A DNA stretch of 64,000 bases from Octopus sinensis (lineage: Eukaryota), in NCBI RefSeq assembly GCF_006345805.1, contig NC_043012.1:51708001-51772000 (forward strand), given 5' to 3'. Shown piece by piece: positions 12,785-26,460 of this stretch. Positions within the stretch are counted from its first letter, which is position 1. Every line of letters begins with the position of its first letter. Made by a program: the position numbers and the translations under genes. A model generated the notes under the pieces. The model did not search any database, was not told where the DNA came from, and was given only the letters and a program-made list of their open reading frames with translations.

Positions 12785-13849
12785 CTATGGAGAACGAAAC
12801 CAGTAATGGTTAACTAGCTTCAACAAAGGTATAAAACCAGTGAACGGAAACTACGATAGTGCTAAACTTCTCAATGACAGAATATATGTATTCTATGGTT
12901 TATGGAGGAAGATATACTCAGTTAAGATTCGGTTAGGCTGAAAATGTACAAAAAATATTTATTATCTCAATAAAATATACATTTACGTCGACGGCATGAA
13001 TAGTTGATATTCGTTATATTATATAATTTAGACATATTTAACAAAAGAATACATCTTAATTTTGACACTGGGAGGAAGATGATATAACATGGCTCCACAA
13101 AGTTTAAATGTAAAGGAAATAACAAATGCCATTAGAAAATATAATTCTTATTGTCATTCAACCAACTAATAATTGTCAGACTGTATCATCGGGAATGGTG
13201 TGATATGGTTAAATATATAAAGTGAAGCATTTCTAGTTATATTTACTTTGGAAATATCCAACTAAGACATATATGTCCAGATTAGTGTCAGATCTTGATG
13301 TATATGCAAAAAGAAATTATCGCTTTACGAAAATGGAGTGAAATAATTATAAATTTATCAAATATATAATTAATATGATAGTGAAAAAAGTAACTACCAG
13401 AGAGTCGTCATTTTCGTTCATTATGCAAATATGATAATACTATGAATATCTAATGGCATAAGTTTAATAATTATTTACTAGATTCATAATTGTTTCCATA
13501 CCTTATACGCTCTAACTCTCCGTCACTTTCTTTGTCCCTCTGTGTTACACACACACACGTTTATGTGTGTGTTTGTGTGTAAAAATTATGGCTGTTACAT
13601 ACGCGATGTGTGCACTTTGTTTATATGCTGACGATTCTAGTCCAAGAAAAATCCTTTAAGACGCTGGGTGTTTAAAAAATACAGAATCAGTTATTCTGTA
13701 TTTTTTAAACAAGTAGAATGAAACGCATTGGTCCACAGGTCAACGAGAAAGGTGAATATCAAAACTTCGCTTACTTGCTGGTCCCTGGTCCCTACACACT
13801 TATCTACACAGTCATATAACTGAGTTAATTTTCATTATTCTCTTGAATG

Positions 13850-14060
13850 TAAGGCTGCGTGCTGGTAGAATTGCTAGCACGACGGGCAGAATATTTAGCG
13901 AAATTTCGTAGGTTTTACGTTCTGAGTTCAAATTCCGCCGAGGTTGACTTTGCATTTCATACTTTCAGGGTCGGCAAACATTGAGATCGACATAATCGCC
14001 TTCCCCCACTACCACCCCGCCCCCAAAACAAAATTCAGGCCTTGTACCTTTAGTAGGAAG
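13850..14060 (+). mobile_element. SINE fragment with Meta-domain-like core
   Basis: GAGTTCAAATTCCGCCGAGGTTGACTTTGCATTTCATACTTTCAGGGTCG; related fragments at about 14500-14700, 19010-19130 (-), 20751-20900 and 21270-21420 (-). Confidence 0.6.
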
Positions 14061-16033
14061 GCTTTTTCTATTGAATTTATTTATGAAACGACAGTGCATC
14101 AGTATAGCCGCAGCTATGAGCTGAAATTATAGCAAAAAAAAAAACAAAACAAAAACTCACACTAAATACTTCAAACTGCGTAACCAATTGTATAAGACTT
14201 GTTTCTTATTTCCCGTATTCTTGAAATTATCTCCCCAGTAATTGACATCAATTCAATTCTGTCATTTATAAGCAATGTCTTGTTCGTTGGTAAAGGTAAC
14301 TATATTTAAAATGTTATGTTCCCTTAAACCCCCTTTCATTTGCGATTTATTATTCTCCTTTCTTCCATTTTTTCACCTTATTATCTTCCCAAATTTCTAA
14401 TTACTTTCTATACGTCTCTTAATTAACCTACATCAGATTACATCGCGCCTAAACTGAGCTCCAACATTACATCTCAGGGATTTTATATTTTATTCACAGC
14501 CGTAAGACTGGTAGAAAATTCAGAATCTATGTAGCATACCAGAGAAATTCCATACAGTATTTGTTTCAGTTCTTAATATACTGAGTTCAAAAACATCAGA
14601 GGCTGACGTTACGGTCCACCCAGTCGGTACCAGAACATTGCTGTCCAATTCAAATAGCTGCTCCCCTCAAAATTGAAGTCCCTGTGTGTCAATTAAAATT
14701 AATTATTCAACCTCATATAATTCAAATCACACACCAATTGCTGATTTTCGAATAGTTTTAAAGAGTCAGTTACAAGAGAACTTGAGCTTTAATTTGCCAA
14801 AACTCCTTCAAATCACACTCCCTGCCTTTTATTCATTTGCCTGTTTTTCATTAGTTATTAGGAGTGGATCAAAATCATGACCATGCATTGAACCGGTCAA
14901 TGACTGCTTACTTTTACTAGCTTTTAATTTTTTGACACATTCTTCGTTGTTCACGAATCACTTATTAAATTCTCTATTGAAGTAAAAATATTGTGAATGA
15001 ATCCTACGTCCACACAACTAGAAATAGAGGAAAAATTCGTCCGCCTAAATTGTGTGAGAATCAATGTTGAAAGTTCTTTCATACTTTCATACTCTCTCAG
15101 TATTTGTATTTACGTCGCACACAAACATAGGCACGCATTGCTGGGAAGAAATTTTTTCCCATTGATCCACACTGACTTTCAACGATTCTAACACACTTTT
15201 CTTTGAATGGATGTTTTTGCTCTGTCATGCTAATTTACATTTGACTTTTTGAAATTCTAATTTTATATATTTTATTTTACGTGAAACGCTTAATATTGAA
15301 AGTTCTTACACTGAATTGTTCAATACTTAATTGATCAACACTACGTTGTTTTACATATTGGACATTCTTTAGTTAAAAAGTATAACGATTATATATCTTC
15401 AACTATATTTATGCGTATAAAAATATGAATATCCAATAACCTGTGTATTGGTAATTTATTGCGTACATAAATTCATACGTTCAGTAAAACACACAGTATA
15501 GTCAAGAACACTCGCCGATGTCATTCCTTCATTATTGGTAACTGAAACTCTTTGGAGCCACAGACTGTCATTTCAGTTCCACCGAATATGCTTCAGATTT
15601 TCTCATCAATAAAATACTGACACACTTGCATACCTAAATAATGCAGTGTATACGGTTGTGGGTTTTAATATCCCGTCTCCTGTATCGATGCACTTTCCTT
15701 CATTCCCATGTACACGGAGTCATGTTCTTCAATGATCCTTAATGATAACACTGAACATATTCCTGCTCTCAGTTTTTTTTTCTGAATTTCTTTTTCTGTC
15801 ATTCAACTGTCTCTTTGTAATCCATTACTTTAGCATTCATTACCTAATTGTCAAATTTTGTGACACAAATGTACTATGTACACACACACACACACATACG
15901 CACATGTATGTATGCATGTCTGTATGTGTGTATGTATGAGAGTGTGTATGTGTATGCGTATTTGTGAGTATGTGTCTGTATTTCTGTTATTTTATGCATG
16001 TGTGCGTATACATATATGTATATATATACACAC

Positions 16034-16070
<37 letters not shown>

Positions 16071-16105
16071 CATATATATGTGTGTATGTATATACACATA
16101 TGTAC

Positions 16106-16140
<35 letters not shown>

Positions 16141-16185
16141 TATATATATATACTATATATATATATATGTATATATATATATACA

Positions 16186-16241
<56 letters not shown>

Positions 16242-16459
16242 CATACACACACACATGACGAAGCAAATGAGAAATCTATATTTGTTCTATTTTATTCCTC
16301 CTGTGTAAATATATAATTTCTTTGTGTTCTCTACGTAAATCATTGCTATTATGTCAGTGGAATCATAATTTCTTCGACTCTCTTTCTCCCTTTCTCTCTC
16401 TCCCACGCTGATACATACGCACATGTCTTCAGGAGTGGAGAACAAAATTCATAATGTAT

Positions 16460-16515
<56 letters not shown>

Positions 16516-16527
16516 ATCAACAAAATT

Positions 16528-16728
16528 TAGATTCAGATGAATATGGTACTTAAGTCCAAGGCACTAGAATTTTGTATGGTATTATCCATATAAATCAAAT
16601 GGGGTGATCATAATCAAAATATGCAACAAGTATATCAGAGATAGAGTAGTGCAAGTGTTTCATGCTAAAATGAAGCAGCATGAAACAATTGTACTACTCT
16701 ACCTCGGATATACTTGCTGCTTATTTTG

Positions 16729-16730
<2 letters not shown>
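16528..16730 (+). mobile_element. Fold-back repeat element next to (TA)n (family copy 1)
   Basis: Starts TAGATTCAGATGAATATGGTACTTAAGT, ends in an imperfect hairpin 16613-16730; second copy inverted at 34167-34400. Confidence 0.75.
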
Positions 16731-16774
<44 letters not shown>

Positions 16775-16977
16775 GATATATGCATATATATATGTGTGTG
16801 TGTGTGTATGTATGTACATGCATATATGTGTACAGGACATCAAAAAAGCGTTGAACACAATGAAAAGCGAAAACATAAAATCAAAATTATAGAAACGAAC
16901 TTCTTTTCAAACAAGACAAGTGTCCCTGTTTCATCTACTCCGCGTTTCGAAGGACATGGTGGGGCGTGCACAGCCAA

Positions 16978-17098
16978 TAGTCAAGCAAATCGACCTCTGG
17001 ACTTATTCTTTGTAAACCTAGTACTTATGCTATTGGTCCTTTCGTAGAACCGCTCAGTTACGAGGGCATAAATACACCAGCATAAGATGTATATATAT

Positions 17099-17173
<75 letters not shown>

Positions 17174-17359
17174 CTGTATGTGTGTTTTTGTGTGTGCGAC
17201 GGCCTTCTTTCAGTTTCCATCTACTATATACACTCACAAAGCTTTGGTCGGCCCGAGGCTATATTAGAAGACACTTGTTCAAAATGCAACTCAGTGGTAC
17301 TGAATCCGGAACCATGTATATGAGAAGCAAGCTGCTTACCGCACAATCACGCCTGAGCC
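16978..17359 (-). mobile_element. tRNA-derived SINE with internal (TA)n
   Basis: Reverse complement of the family at 19964-20750. Confidence 0.8.
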
Positions 17360-17410
17360 TATTATTATTATTATTATTATCATTATTATTATTATATTAT
17401 TATTATTATT

Positions 17411-17452
<42 letters not shown>

Positions 17453-17475
17453 ATTATTATTATTATTATCATTAT
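17360..17475. repeat. (ATT)n/(GTT)n microsatellite
   Basis: Direct reading. Confidence 0.95.
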
Positions 17476-19351
17476 TTAAAACAAATTGATACCGTCCACG
17501 CAACTTACTTTCGCAGGCTTCTTCTGGAAACATTTATACATATATATATGTGTGTGTGTGTATGTATAGATATATTCATATATGCACACACACGCAAATA
17601 TATGTGTGAGTGCCTATGCGTATGCATACATGGGAGTGTGTGTCTGTGTGCCTGTGTGTTGTGGGTTTATGTAAATTTGGTTGAATACAATATTGCCATT
17701 TTTCTTCATGTTTGATATAGGTTATTTTAACTCATATTGCGTTTGATTTTATTATATTCCAAGACCAACGTATTCACAAAAATACATTGCGGTCATTTAG
17801 AAAGCTCGTTCAGTTTCCCGGCAAGGCGGACATGTACTTAGATTAAAAAGAATTCAAATGATATATCTGTATATCATTTGATATGTACGTCTTTTTAAGC
17901 GTGTGTGTCTTTGTATGTATGTATTTGTGTCCGCATTTATGTATGCGTATGTAGTGTTTGTATGTGTGTGTTTGTGTGTGGGGGCTTGTGTGTGTCTGTA
18001 TTTGTGAGTGAGTGAGTGTGGTTGTGTGTGTGTGTGGTGTTCTTCCATATGTGTGAAGTATTGATAAAACGTATATTGAAATCATTGTTGCACACGTGAA
18101 GGAATCGCGCTATATTTAGTTTCAGCCCGATACGAGACAAAAGAATAACTCTTTTATGTAAATAATGAAGAAATAAAAGGGGAAAAAAGCAAGAAAACTG
18201 TGGGAAAATTAAAATCAGAATGAGATTGCTAATAGCCTATTACTGATATTGATAAGAAAATAATCGTTGCTAAATATATGTTATCTAAGACAAAGGATTT
18301 TTGACGGAAAAATAAATATCCCAGAGATTGGTAAGGTGATAGATTTTGTAAAAAGATCATTATGGCTAAGTGTATGATAATGTGTACTCAATGATCAGAA
18401 ATACCTTTCAGTAATTTCCACATTAACGTATAAGTATCATTTCCTGCGTTTTATATCTGTATTATTTTTGTTTTAATATTTCGGTATTTCGATATGCGTA
18501 GCTGCTCAAAAGAAGTTAAGATTCCATCGTACTGAATTCCCTATTTTATTTATTTAACTTAAACATTGCACATATAAAATTCGCTCCCTTTAAATGCTTG
18601 TTTAGAAGCACTGTATTTAATGCATATGGCGTATACACAGTTGTGTTTTAAGCCGTTAACTTCTCAAATAGTATCTTTCTTTTTTGACCGTTGTGAGAGT
18701 ACTACCAATGCAATCCATCTTTAGCATGACGCCAGTTAAACCGACACACTCTCAGTAAAATTACATGTACAGATTTAGTTCCATTATGGTGAAGAACTCA
18801 ATACTTTAGTCTAGTTTGACACCGTCATTGCTTCATCCTTCTAAGTGTTCGTCAGATTTAATTTTAGTTTCATTCATTCAAAGCATGTTTCCTCTCTTCA
18901 ACAAAATCGACATGTTGCTGTGCTACTTCCAAATAAATCAATCCATAGGCTGATCTTTCAATTATTTGTATTATAATAGCTTCAAATTTTACTACACAGC
19001 CAGTATTTTTTAATGTAGGGGTTTAATCGATTACATCAACCCCAGTGATCTACAAGTAATCATTTATCGTCTACAAAAGTATGAATGCTAAAATTGACCT
19101 CAGCAGAATTTGAACCAGGAATGTTCAGAGACCATTTGTTATATAACAGATATCAGTTTTGTCTAGCTGCCAGGTGATACATCAGCCCATTGTACTGTAC
19201 AATTCCAGGCTAGGGATTTCGTTGCTTACGAACTGCTACAGGAATACTTCAAGCTTAACATATACATCACATAATTATTGTTAAATTTCATTCCAGGTAT
19301 GTAAATAACACCGAAGCAACCTACATACGTAGGACTATAAGAGTAAAATAC

Positions 19352-19447
19352 TTCCATAATCAGATAATATCGAACACGGGAGCGTCGATCTTCGGCAAGG
19401 TGCATTTTGAGGAAAACTTTCAAGCTTACATTTGGAAAGTATAGTAC
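19352..19447 (-). CDS. Candidate exon within a longer disrupted coding-like stretch (about 19226-19830)
   Basis: Acceptor tttcccaactatAAG, donor GAA|GTATTT, 96 nt, VLYFPNVSLKVFLKMHLAEDRRSRVRYYLIME. Confidence 0.3.
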
Positions 19448-20162
19448 CTTATAGTTGGGAAATATAGTAAGATAAATATGAAATCATATTTCGAGCATGG
19501 ATTATGCATCCCTCTATTTTCAAAATATTTTCAGTGGTATAGCGGATTATATTCACAGGGAATTGTCTTTTTCTTAACATCTGTTCTTGCAAATCTAGAA
19601 AATGACTATCTGCATCATATTTATTCCACTAAATTCTATAAAACACATGCGTTATTTTACATAGATAAATGTATCCCTTTCCATCTTATAATAGATTTAG
19701 GAAAAAGCACTCTCCATCCATTACTAGGACTCCGAAGATGTTGGGAAAAAACGGGAAAGGTAATCTCACAAGGTACCATAGTCCAAATATTTGCAACAAA
19801 GTGAATTCCATTAAAGGTACCTAACGTTGTCAGTTAATTGTGAAACTTGTGAAGTCTCTCACCATTGTCGTCAACATGTAGGTATCCACTAAGAACCGAA
19901 ATGGCCGAAACAAATGCTGCGAGGCGTCCAATCCAAATAATCTTACAATTCTCTTTACATTTTAGGCGCAGGAGTGGCTGTGTGGTAAGCATGCGTAGGA
20001 GTGGCTCTGTAGTAAATAGCTTGCTTACCAACCACATGGTTCCGTGTTCATTCCCATTCCGTGATAACTTGGGCAAGTGTTTCTACTATAACCTCGGGTC
20101 GACCAAAGCCTCGTGAGTGGATTTGGTAGACGCAAACTGAAAGAAGTCCGTCGTATATATGC

Positions 20163-20220
<58 letters not shown>

Positions 20221-20227
<7 letters not shown>

Positions 20228-20436
20228 TATTAGAGACAAAACCACTATTTTGCAAAACAAACAAGGAAAGACTAATCAATACATAAAATTTTAATAAATA
20301 GTCAAAAAAAACCGCCACTACAATCGTTTCTTGTCTTGATCGACAATCTTCAGGTGGACTTCCAATCTAAAAAATCAATATTTTAAAATATAAAAATAAT
20401 AATTTTAAAATAATTAAAGTATGAATGAAAAAATAT
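20221..20436 (-). mobile_element. Penelope-tail-like cassette inserted in the SINE's (TA)n
   Basis: Unique 215 bp stretch between two (TA)n runs, absent from the other SINE copies, containing a hammerhead motif. Confidence 0.7.
20315..20357 (-). ncRNA. Minimal type I hammerhead ribozyme (canonical core)
   Basis: CCAC-CTGAAGA-TTGTC-gatcaa-GACAA-GAAA-CGATTG-TA|GTGG: stem I CCAC/GTGG, 5-bp stem II, near-palindromic stem III, GUA cleavage triplet. Confidence 0.8.
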
Positions 20437-20438
20437 AA

Positions 20439-20508
<70 letters not shown>

Positions 20509-22537
20509 GTGTATATATGTTTTTATGAGTCTGTGTTTGTGCCCCCAACATTTCTTGACAACCGATGGTGGTGTGTTTTCGTCCCCGTAACATAGCGGTT
20601 CGGCAAAAGACCGATAGTATAAGTACTAGGCTTCCAAAGAATAAGTCCTGGGGTTGATTGTCCCGACTAAACGCGGTGCTCCAGCATGGCCGCGGTCAAA
20701 TGATTGAAACAAGTAAAAGAGAGAGAGAAAGAGAGAGAGTAAAAAGAGTATTCTCTGTTCAAATTCCGCCGAGGTTGAATTTGCTTTTCATTCTTTCGGA
20801 AATGATAAAGTAGTAATAATAAAACACTGGGGGCAATGTAATCGACTCAATCGTTATAATAAAAAAATTGTGGCGTTGTGCCGCAATTGCAAGCCATTAT
20901 ATTATGATTCAATGATCAAACCATTGAATGGAAATAATATGACTTTCAAATTATCGAAATTAAAAACTAAAATGTTTTACATTACAAAAATTGAAAGTAT
21001 CTTCCTACTAAATGAAATATAGGAGCCCTTCATAACTTTCGACCATTCATCTACGTTTCAATGCAGAGTTGTTGACAAGATATTTTGAAGAAATAAAAGC
21101 CCATAAACAAACAAACCCCTTCACCACGCCAGCGATGAGATATTAAAGATTTTTGACTTGGGCCGATATAACTGGGTTCCAATGTTTTTGCAGGTCGTGT
21201 TGTCAGATCATGAGGTATCATAAATGTTACGGCAAAAATATTTTGATGACACTAGTAATTTTGCGAATGAAGCCCCCTGATTTGGTACATTTTTATCAAT
21301 TCCAAATCTATGAATCCAAAATTGACCTCGGTACAATTTGAACAGAGAGCACATAGAGTTGTGACAGACATCCACGGGTATTGTATCCAAATACTCTACC
21401 GGCTCTTCCGATTCGAAGTCTTAAAAATGAAGGATGAAACTGGGAGGAACGAAAGTATTGAATAATGATTAAAAAGAATATACTGGGCAACAGCGAGTAC
21501 TGATAGACAGGATAATGTACGACCTCGTGTAATGAAGTATATTCAATCAATGAATTGTTGTAAGTAAAATAGTTACACAACGTGCACAAATACTCTCGTA
21601 TTTAATCATTGCACCATTTCTGCTTCTGGCTCAGTAATATATTATCATTTTTTCCTGAAGAAAAATAATTATTTTCTGAGAGCCTTGGCAGCGACACTTT
21701 TTAACTCTACATGAATCCTAACATAACAATACATTTCGAGGGAGACAAAATAAAAATAACGCAATAGTAAATGTAGTAGTACATCAATGATTTAATAAAA
21801 AACGAATTCAAATTATTTGATATAATAAGCAAAGAAATTTTTATTTATTCAAACTTAAATCTTAAATGCCGAGAACAATCACTTGCTAAATAATTTTTTT
21901 TGCTACTATAAGATTGGAGAGATTTGAGAGAGGAAAATACAGAATAAAGCATAGAGAGAGAGAGAGAGAGAGAGCTAGAGAGAGAGAGAGAGAGAGAAGA
22001 GAGATAGAGAGAGAGCCAGGCAGAGAGACAGATAGATATATATATATATAGATAGATTGATAGACAGAGACAGAGACAAAGAGAGAGAGGCGTCTCTCCT
22101 ATTCAATTTAAATATAATTCGGTATGAAATGTGTGATGTTAAGAAGTACAGTGACAGCTACAGGCATACTTCGGTCTTATCAGACATCTTCAGTGAAGAA
22201 TTGCTTTATCGTAACTATAAACCTCTGTTCGCTAAAGAAGAGAAGATGGAAATTACGAATCAAGTAAATTGAAAGAATGACAACGTAAAAAATTACCAGG
22301 AGCGCCTATTTCATGGGCACTTAAAACTAAACTACACGCTCGCTTACCGAATGAGTAAACGAACATTTTCGTATTACATCATTAATGATAAGAACTATAA
22401 TTTTTTAAACCGTAGTTCTAGCCTGCGCCGAAATTCAATGTTATTAAATTCATTTATATATGGCGTCTAAATCTTAGTAGTTCAGTGACAACTACAAACC
22501 GTTTTAGCCATAATTTATCATAAACTATGCTTAGTTT

Positions 22538-22974
22538 GGATCTTTTCGGTTTGAACGGCAGTTTTTAACATAATTTCTAGGTAACTAAAAAATTTAAAAC
22601 TTCGTATACTGATAGAATGTGTTTATAAAACATCTTTTTCTCTTGGCTTTATTGAGAAAATTCTATAGTTTGTAAGATATTTGGGTTTTTTTTCTTCAAT
22701 TTCTGCAATTTCAAGCATTCAGTAACGTCTATTGAGTTAAAAAGCATTCTGTGCCGTGAGAATATGTCCCTCGTTTAAGAAACAGATTGGGTTTATTTAC
22801 ATTTGTGAAGAAAAAAAAGATACCCTTCCCCCCACCCGTAACCCTAAATAACCCCAAATAATCCTAACCCTAAAACAGATTGAAATGCAATAGATCGATA
22901 CTAGGGTCATAATTATGGGTGACAATTTCATATGACACTGCTAGAAAAAACTGCCGTTCAAACCGATAAGATCC
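22538..22974. mobile_element. MITE with about 30 bp TIRs and 8-bp TSD
   Basis: TIR GGATCTTTTCGGTTTGAACGGCAGTTTTT / AAAAACTGCCGTTCAAACCGATAAGATCC; CTTAGTTT duplicated at 22530-22537 and 22975-22982. Confidence 0.9.
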
Positions 22975-24464
22975 CTTAGTTTAACTGATACGCTATGTTA
23001 CTCAATGATTTAGCATGTTTCAAATTTTATCTTACATATCCAATCGTCAGTCGATCTGCAAAAACATTATTCCCAAACTTCCTCAATTTGAAACCGAAAG
23101 TCTCTGTACAGAGAGAGAGAGAGGGGGGGAGACAGACACAGAGAGAGACAAAGAAAGAGACAGAGACAGAGAGAGAACATGTGGGATAATATAGACGAAC
23201 ATGTATGATAATACGACAGGATACTTTCTGGTGGGTCATAGAAGATGATAAATCAGCTTGATCAGAGATACTTTTTCAATATGTGCTGAGAATAAATGTT
23301 ATGATATATACCTTCAATGAAATTCGCAAATGTGAATAGAAGCATCTACAGAGACAGCATTGCATCTTTTGACCTCTATTTCTACGATTATCACTACACA
23401 GCTACAAGAGATAAGAGAAGGCCAGAAGTAGATATATGTGAGAGATAGAATGACGCTTAAAGACACTTATACAACTTTAACTTGTTTATGAAACAAAGAA
23501 AATAAGGTTTCAAGAAGAAATAGAGACGCTGTTTGAGTTGAAGTTCTACAGGTTAAATTATAAAAAAAAAGAAAAAAAGGAAGAAAGAAAATTATTATGG
23601 AGATAGTAGTCAATTATCTTTGAACGTCGGCTTGAGATCAATTTTAGAACCGTGCTCTCTTTCACATTAACCTTTGATCCAGGAATCATTCGCAATTGAT
23701 GACAGCTTATATCAACTTTAATAAGCCGACATCAATCCTAACTACGTGCAAAGGATTAACAAGTCATTTTTCTTCTTTCATTTCTAACAGGATATATGCT
23801 TTCATCGTCTCTAATCTCAAGTGAACACTACAAGCCACTATTTGGCGCATACATCTGAGAATTCTGAACAAACAAACTGTAATGAAGATAAAATTTTCTC
23901 TGGTGATCTAATTTATTTTAGCTTCCTTAATTATCAAATATAACGAAGGGAAATTATCGAAACTGTTTTCTTTTTAATTCCCGGTGTTTTCTTTCCGCAC
24001 TTTGCTTTACTTGTAATATTTTGTCTTTATCTCACCCTCTCTTTCAGCCTTTACAAAACCACTTTAAAATATTATTAAGCTGAAGTTTTCATCAATAATA
24101 TTTGCTTTGTATCAGACTTTGTAAGCTGTGCGTTTAAAAGACAGAGAGTGTGAAATATGTAGTGCTCAAACTTTTCCAGAGTTTATTTGTAGTGCGAACT
24201 AAATGGCCTGAACCCGAACTCAGCTTCTTGAACTGTTATTCTACTTTATAATCAGCTTAAAGATAAGGAGGAATACCGATGAGGCCACCACTACGAAATC
24301 ACGAGTTCTGTTAGATAGATCAGCGACAACTCCCTCAAAATACATAGTACCATCTTAAATAGTGAAAGACTTATAATTTAGTATAAATATATATGCGCAT
24401 AACTTGATTCCCACTGCTCTGACATACTTAATTTTAAACATAATTAATAAAAGGTGAAGTGAAA

Positions 24465-24498
<34 letters not shown>

Positions 24499-24513
<15 letters not shown>

Positions 24514-24865
24514 GTGTGAATGTGTTTATAAAACATCTTTTCCTCTTGGCTTTATTGAGAAATTCTATAGTTTGTAAGGTATATGTTGTTTTTTTTTCTT
24601 CAATTTCTGCAATTTCAACCAATCACTGACGTCCATTGGGGTAAAAAAATATTCTGTGCCGTATGAATATGTCCCTCGTTTAAGAAACAGATTGGGTTTA
24701 TTTACATTTGTGAAGAAAAAAAGATACCCTTCCCCCCACCCCAAACCCTAACTAACCCTAACCCCAAAAGAGATTGAAATGCAATAGATCGCTACTAGGG
24801 TCATAATTATGGTTGACAATTTCATCACACCGCTAGAAAAACTGCCGTTCAAACCGAAAATATCC
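24499..24865. mobile_element. Truncated second copy of the 22538 MITE
   Basis: Colinear with about 22616-22974, retains the right TIR; left end lost at a (CT)n tract. Confidence 0.88.
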
Positions 24866-25378
24866 TTTTCTCGCAGCTGTATATTTGAAATAAAGGATGA
24901 AATACTTATAATTATGAAGTTTAGAATGCAAGTGCTTGAATATAATATTTTCTAGTAGACAGAGGCAATGGGAGAAGGGCTGCACGCATTTCTTTTACTA
25001 TATATAGTTCGCCCGATTTTCTATTTTCATCATTTCTCACACGTAACTAAAGTAAAGAAATAGTCTAGAAGAATAGTTTCTCAGACAGGCAATTATATGA
25101 TGCTATTTAAAATATGTAGCAGAATCAATATTTAAAGTTAATTCAAGCATAAAACAACAAAAGTAATGACAAGGAAGAAAATAATCTTATCCCAATTAAG
25201 AATGTTGTTTTAATTCTTGATACGATATGATTGTTTTAAAATTTAGCAGACACAAATAAGGCATAGTGTGATGTACTTTTTATGAAGATGTTTTATCGGT
25301 CAATTTAGTCGAACAGCTAATTTAAGAGAAGGTAAATAGTGTTGGGTTCAAACAGGAACATAAAGACACACACACAGT

Positions 25379-25411
<33 letters not shown>

Positions 25412-25625
25412 TTTTTTCCGGTTCCCATCTGCCAAATCCATTCACATGACTTTGGTGCAAGATTATAGTACAAGACAATTTCCCCTATTTCTATGCACCT
25501 GGAACACTGCGACTGGAAAATGCATCCTCACCACTCAACCGTATTTCAACATGGAAATATGTGTGTGTGCGTTTATGTGTGAGTGTGTGTATGTATGATA
25601 TGCATACATACATCATGCACATATG

Positions 25626-25667
<42 letters not shown>

Positions 25668-25669
<2 letters not shown>

Positions 25670-26180
25670 CAGATTGCATTCCCAGAATACAGAATGATAC
25701 CCTTTAGTGAGCACATTGAGAAATACGCAAAGCAACTACTACCACAATTTTTAATCTTTCCATTTTACAAATGTGCTATCGGAACACCAACACAAATTAG
25801 ACTAAACAAGGAAACATTTTTCATTGAAAAGTACAAGCCCAGACTTAACCATTCCAACATACTTATACAGAGAAATTCACTCCAAAGGAATGGCAAAAAA
25901 ATTTTAAGCGATTATCTCCCTTTCACCGGAAGAATCACTTATTACCTCCCCTTATATGGAACTCTTCTCAACATAAACATAACGATAACTCTACTCAACG
26001 TAAACATAACGATGTAATAAATTTGAAAGGCTGAACGCAAAACTGGTCATTTCTTCTAAAGTATGTCATTATAAGAAAAAACATTTATAACATTCTTCAG
26101 ACATATTGACTCAAAAATATATTTTTTAACATTTTAAAACAAGCCTTCTGTAGTTTTTTCACTTTTTACTATTTTCTATA
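25668..26180 (+). mobile_element. Penelope-like element 3' fragment (GIY-YIG C-terminus + 3' UTR)
   Basis: QIAFPEYRMIPFSEHIEK..FLIFPFYKC..RLNKETFFIEKYKPRLN; paralog of 59001-59720; flanked by (TA)n. Confidence 0.8.
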
Positions 26181-26320
26181 TATTCAACCACGTGCTTTCA
26201 CAAACCAACTTTCTCATCTATATATATATATATATAAACAATTGCAGCGTGGAAGGTGTTTATAAGCCATTTAAGAAACACACAAAAGCCGTTCGATTCA
26301 CTCCAACATTTAAGTTTAAT

Positions 26321-26368
26321 TTGTCAAAATATTTTCGTCGCTAAAATCCGCGACCTGTTCACTGACAA
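26321..26368 (-). ncRNA. Mirror copy of the G3:C8 hammerhead on the other arm
   Basis: Reverse complement reads TTGTCAGTGAACAGGTCGCGGATTTTAGCGACGAAAATATTTTGACAA. Confidence 0.65.
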
Positions 26369-26412
26369 AGTCCGTGCTGCATCTCTGCAAAGTCCGAGAT
26401 GCAGCACGGACT

Positions 26413-26460
26413 TTGTCAGTGAACAGGTCGCGGACTTTAGCGACGAAAATATTTTGACAA
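26413..26460 (+). ncRNA. Minimal hammerhead ribozyme, G3:C8 core variant
   Basis: TTGTCA-GTGAACA-G-GTCGC-ggacttta-GCGAC-GAAA-ATAT-TT|TGACAA. Confidence 0.65.

Larger units (their letters stand above)
19964..20750 (+). mobile_element. Full-length tRNA-derived SINE interrupted in its internal microsatellite
   Basis: Head GGCGCAGGAGTGGCTGTGTGGTAAG..CATGGTTCCG.GTTCA.TCCC, body, (TA)n/(TG)n, 3' half as at 1-209. Confidence 0.88.

Noticed and set aside
15874-16308. Numerous YI/HT/CV-rich ORFs here and throughout (e.g. 28661-29398, 29578-29974, 47808-48069, 63224-63457)
   Set aside because: Translations of (TA)n, (CA)n and (AAT)n microsatellites.
22838-22872. Interstitial telomere or chromosome-fusion site
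   Set aside because: Only a few degenerate units, present at the same position in both MITE copies.
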